Source: Scenedesmus sp. PABB004 (lineage: Eukaryota). Taken from it: a stretch of 64,000 nt of DNA. The stretch spans positions 124,001 through 188,000 of the forward strand of contig JABVCE010000020.1 of assembly GCA_014905635.1 (NCBI GenBank), in the 5' to 3' direction. A program made the position numbers and the translations under genes. The notes beneath the pieces were generated by a model. That model saw only the letters and a program-made list of their open reading frames with translations, made no database searches and was not told the origin of the DNA. This document shows, one piece after another, positions 61,054-64,000 of the stretch. Position 1 is the stretch's first letter; each line of letters starts with the position of its first letter.

Positions 61054-61934
61054 CGCCAGCGGGGAAGCACTGCCGGCAGCATGCCGAGTCTGCGCGGCTG
61101 GGCAGCTCGCTGGGCAGCTCGCCAAACCAAGGTGGTTGGGGCGGCCGGGGCGGCTGTGCCCGGCTGATTTAACTCAAGGCGGGCGTGAGGCGCGGCCGCT
61201 ACGTTTGGCGCGGACCGCCGGACTGAACATGCAGCATGCCCTTCTGGTGGGGGCTGGTGGGCGCCGCTGGCGCGCGTGCGCTGCCGCTCGGCCTTCAGCA
61301 ACGCATGTGGTGTGGGGGTCGGTGCGCGTGCGGGACCGAGCTTGGGTTGCACGAAGTTCAATGGGGCTGGTGGGGGTGGCCGCGGCCGGATGCAGATGTG
61401 CTTGGTCGTTCAATGACAGGCGGGAAGCGCTGCCGGCGGCATGCCGGCTCTGCACGGCTGCTGGGCGGCTCGTCCCAACCATGGTCGGGGCGGCTGGCCA
61501 GGGCTGCGGCGCGTGCGCGCGCTGGTGGGTGGTGGCGGCGGTGACGTGGTGCGGGGGACGCGGCTCGCAGGCGCGGCGCCGCTGTGTTGCATGCGCGCGG
61601 GGGCACCGGATGCACTGGCCTTGGACGGGGCGGGCTCGGCGCGGCGTCTGCTGCGCGCGCAAGCGACTGCTGGGGGGTCCACCGCGCGCGCGCTGCGCGG
61701 GCTGCATCGCGGCGCCTGGACCGCGGAGTGCCGCCGGCGGCGCACGCTCCACCGCCCGCGCGCAAGCGCCGCCCTCCCGTCGCCCAGCACCAGCGCCGTG
61801 CGCCAAACCCCGCGCACTGGCGAGGAGCCGGCGCGTCGCCGCCAGCAGCGGCGCCGGCACGTCGCGCCCCGCAGCCGCCTGCCGCGCCGCTGCGGGCCGC
61901 GCGGCCGCTGCATGGCGACCTCCCGGGAGCGCTG

Positions 61935-64000
61935 ATGGGCCGGGCAGTGGCGGCGGCGGCGACACGGCGCTGCGCGGGCGCCGGCGAGCGCCGGAGCAGC
62001 AGCGGCGGCGACGGCGCCGTGCCGCCCTGGGAGAAGGTGCTCTGGCGGGCGCAGCCCTACCCGGACAACCACACGGACGCTAGCTTCCTGCAGCACCTCG
62101 TGGGCCCCCCGCGCGCAGCGGCGGCGGTTGCGCCGGCGGTTGCGGCGGAGTGGCCCCGCCGCTGCTCGCGCCGCTGCTGGCGTCCGCCGCCGCCGCCGCC
62201 GCACCCCCACCGCGCCGCCGCCGCCGCCGCCGCCGCAGATCGTCAACGCCGACGTGCCGCAGCGCGACTTTTGGACCGTCGCGCTCGACTCGGCGGCCGT
62301 GAGCCAGCAGCTCGCGACCGTCGCGGCGGCGGTCGCCGTGCCCGTGCACCTGCGCCTCGGCCTGCTCAGCGCCCGCGCGCTGCTGGCCGCGAGCGCCGTG
62401 CTGCTGCTGGTCGGTGAGCCACGCGGCGGCGGGCGCGCGCGGCGGCGCGGGGCAGCGGCGGCTGGCGCGGCGCGGCCTGCCTGGCTGCGAGGAGCAGGGC
62501 TCACGGCGAGCGCCGCCGCGCGCCCCTCTCAGGCTATGCAGTGTGCGGGCTGCTCGGAGGCCACGTCCTGGGCGGCTCCCTGGTGAGCGGCGGGGGCGGC
62601 GCCGGCGTTGCGGCGGGAGCTGCCGCGCCTCCCGCCGCTGGCCCGCAGCTCACGACGGGCCTGCTGCCCCATCCGACCTCCCGCCGCCCGCAGCGCCGCG
62701 GCGTGCGCCAGGCGGCGCTGCTGTCGGGAGGTGCGCCGCCGACCGGGCGCCGGCGGCGCGGATCCCGCGCGGCGGCGGCGGCGTACTGCCGCCGCGCGGC
62801 CCGCCCGCGCGCACCGACTCACGCCCGCCCTCGCGCTCCCCGCGCTCGCCGCGCCCGTCTCCCGCCCTGGGTGCTCCCTAAACCCTGCGCCCCTGCTGGG
62901 CCGCCTAAACCCTGCACGCCCTCACCAGGCGTGTACCTCATGAGCCCCATGCTGCACAGCCTCACGCGGGCGGTCAGCGCCGACAGCGTCATCGCCATGG
63001 TCGCGGGCCTCTGCGGGCTGCACCTCTTCCTGCATGACTACAAGTGAGCACTGGCGGCTGTGTGGGCGTGTGACTGTGGGGGGGAGGGGGGGGGGCACAC
63101 AGGTGTCGGACCCGGCGCTAACCAGCCCGTGCGCCCGCTCGCCCCCCCCCCCCCCCCACACACACACACACCGCACATCGCCGCCGCCGCGCCGCAGCTT
63201 TGTCAACAGCGTGACGGAGCAGCTCACCGGCACGCTCTCGCTCGGCGCCGCTGTCTTTGCGTCGGTGCTGCTCGCGGGGCTGATGCGGTCCGAGTTTGAC
63301 GTGGTGCGGCGCGGCTGGCCGCCGCGCCGCCACGCCGCCGCGCCGCCGCGCCGCGCCGCGCGCCATCCCTCGATTCGCCGCCCCTTGACGCTGCGCCCCT
63401 CAGCGCTGCGTCCCTTCCCCACCCCCTTGCCCGCCCCCGCCCCTGCCCCTGCCCTGGCCCGCCTCTCAACCCCCCCCCCCCCCGCCGCCCGTCTGCCAGT
63501 TTGTGTGCGTGCTGTTCTGCCTGGAGCTCTACCTCCTCTCACCCTTCATGCGGCGCTACACGCGCAACGCCTCGCTCGCCGCGCACCTGCTGCTCACGGC
63601 CGCGATGGTGTGCGGCGCCGGGTGCGCGCTCGCGCGCCTCTCGCCCGCCGGCGGCGCCGCGTTTGCGCTCGCCGTGTGCGCGGTGTCGCTCGCGTGCCCC
63701 GCGGCGCTGGTGCGCACCCAGAAGTTCAAGGCCCAGATCAACGGCCCCTGGGACGAGGCGGTGCCGCACATGCCCACCAGCCTCCGCCCGCGCGGCGCCG
63801 AGCCGGACCGGCCGCGCGCGGGCGGCGAGCCGGCGGGCGGCGAGCCGGCACCGCACGCGGGCGGCGAGCCGGCGCGGCAACAGGTGGGCGGGGAGCCGGC
63901 ACAGCAGGCGGGCGGCGAGCCGGCGCGGCAGGCAGGCGGGGGGCGAGGCACGCCGCGGGCGCGGCGACAGCGGCGCAGCGAGGAGGCGCCTGGTGATGCG
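61935..64000 (+). CDS. PIGC: Phosphatidylinositol N-acetylglucosaminyltransferase subunit C (GPI2), runs off the right edge
   Basis: WEKVLWRAQPYPDNHTDASFL, LMSPMLHSLTRAVSADSV, HLFLHDY, SLGAAVFASVLLA, QKFKAQINGPWDEA; GGEPA-repeat tail. Confidence 0.93.

Noticed and set aside
6206..61720. Single large inverted duplication or giant TIR element bounded by the LRR pairs
   Set aside because: Copy order and C-terminal types do not mirror, an unrelated gene separates copies 3 and 4, and the interior holds ordinary housekeeping genes
1..64000. tRNA, rRNA, transposase or reverse-transcriptase genes
   Set aside because: No recognisable motifs by eye; degenerate copies cannot be excluded without a search

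Overview
Eukaryotic nuclear DNA, extremely GC-rich, with many short (~90-250 bp) spliceosomal introns. Plant-like genes, a plastid-type transit peptide and degenerate TTTAGGG repeats point to a green alga, possibly Sphaeropleales-like (inference). Most ORFs in the supplied track are GC-driven shadows; I assembled about 21 genes or fragments by hand. Housekeeping genes: HISN7/IMPL2, TBL2-like WD40, RBM28/NOP4, MED20, PIG-C, a cytochrome P450. Many predicted secreted proteins: GH5, a Pectate_lyase_3-type beta-helix, two Sushi/CCP-like paralogues, several Cys-rich proteins. Main observations: (1) four dispersed ~4-kb cassettes encoding secreted Cys-rich + LRR proteins, with variable LRR number, reshuffled segments and only one frame-intact copy; (2) telomere-like repeats seen only in introns, G-strand near donors and C-strand toward acceptors; (3) many GC-AG introns; (4) exon-end/donor duplications inside introns; (5) a tandem segmental duplication carrying a conserved non-coding block with a perfect 30-bp palindrome. 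Gene spans are start to stop including introns; exon boundaries were read by eye and no database search was run.
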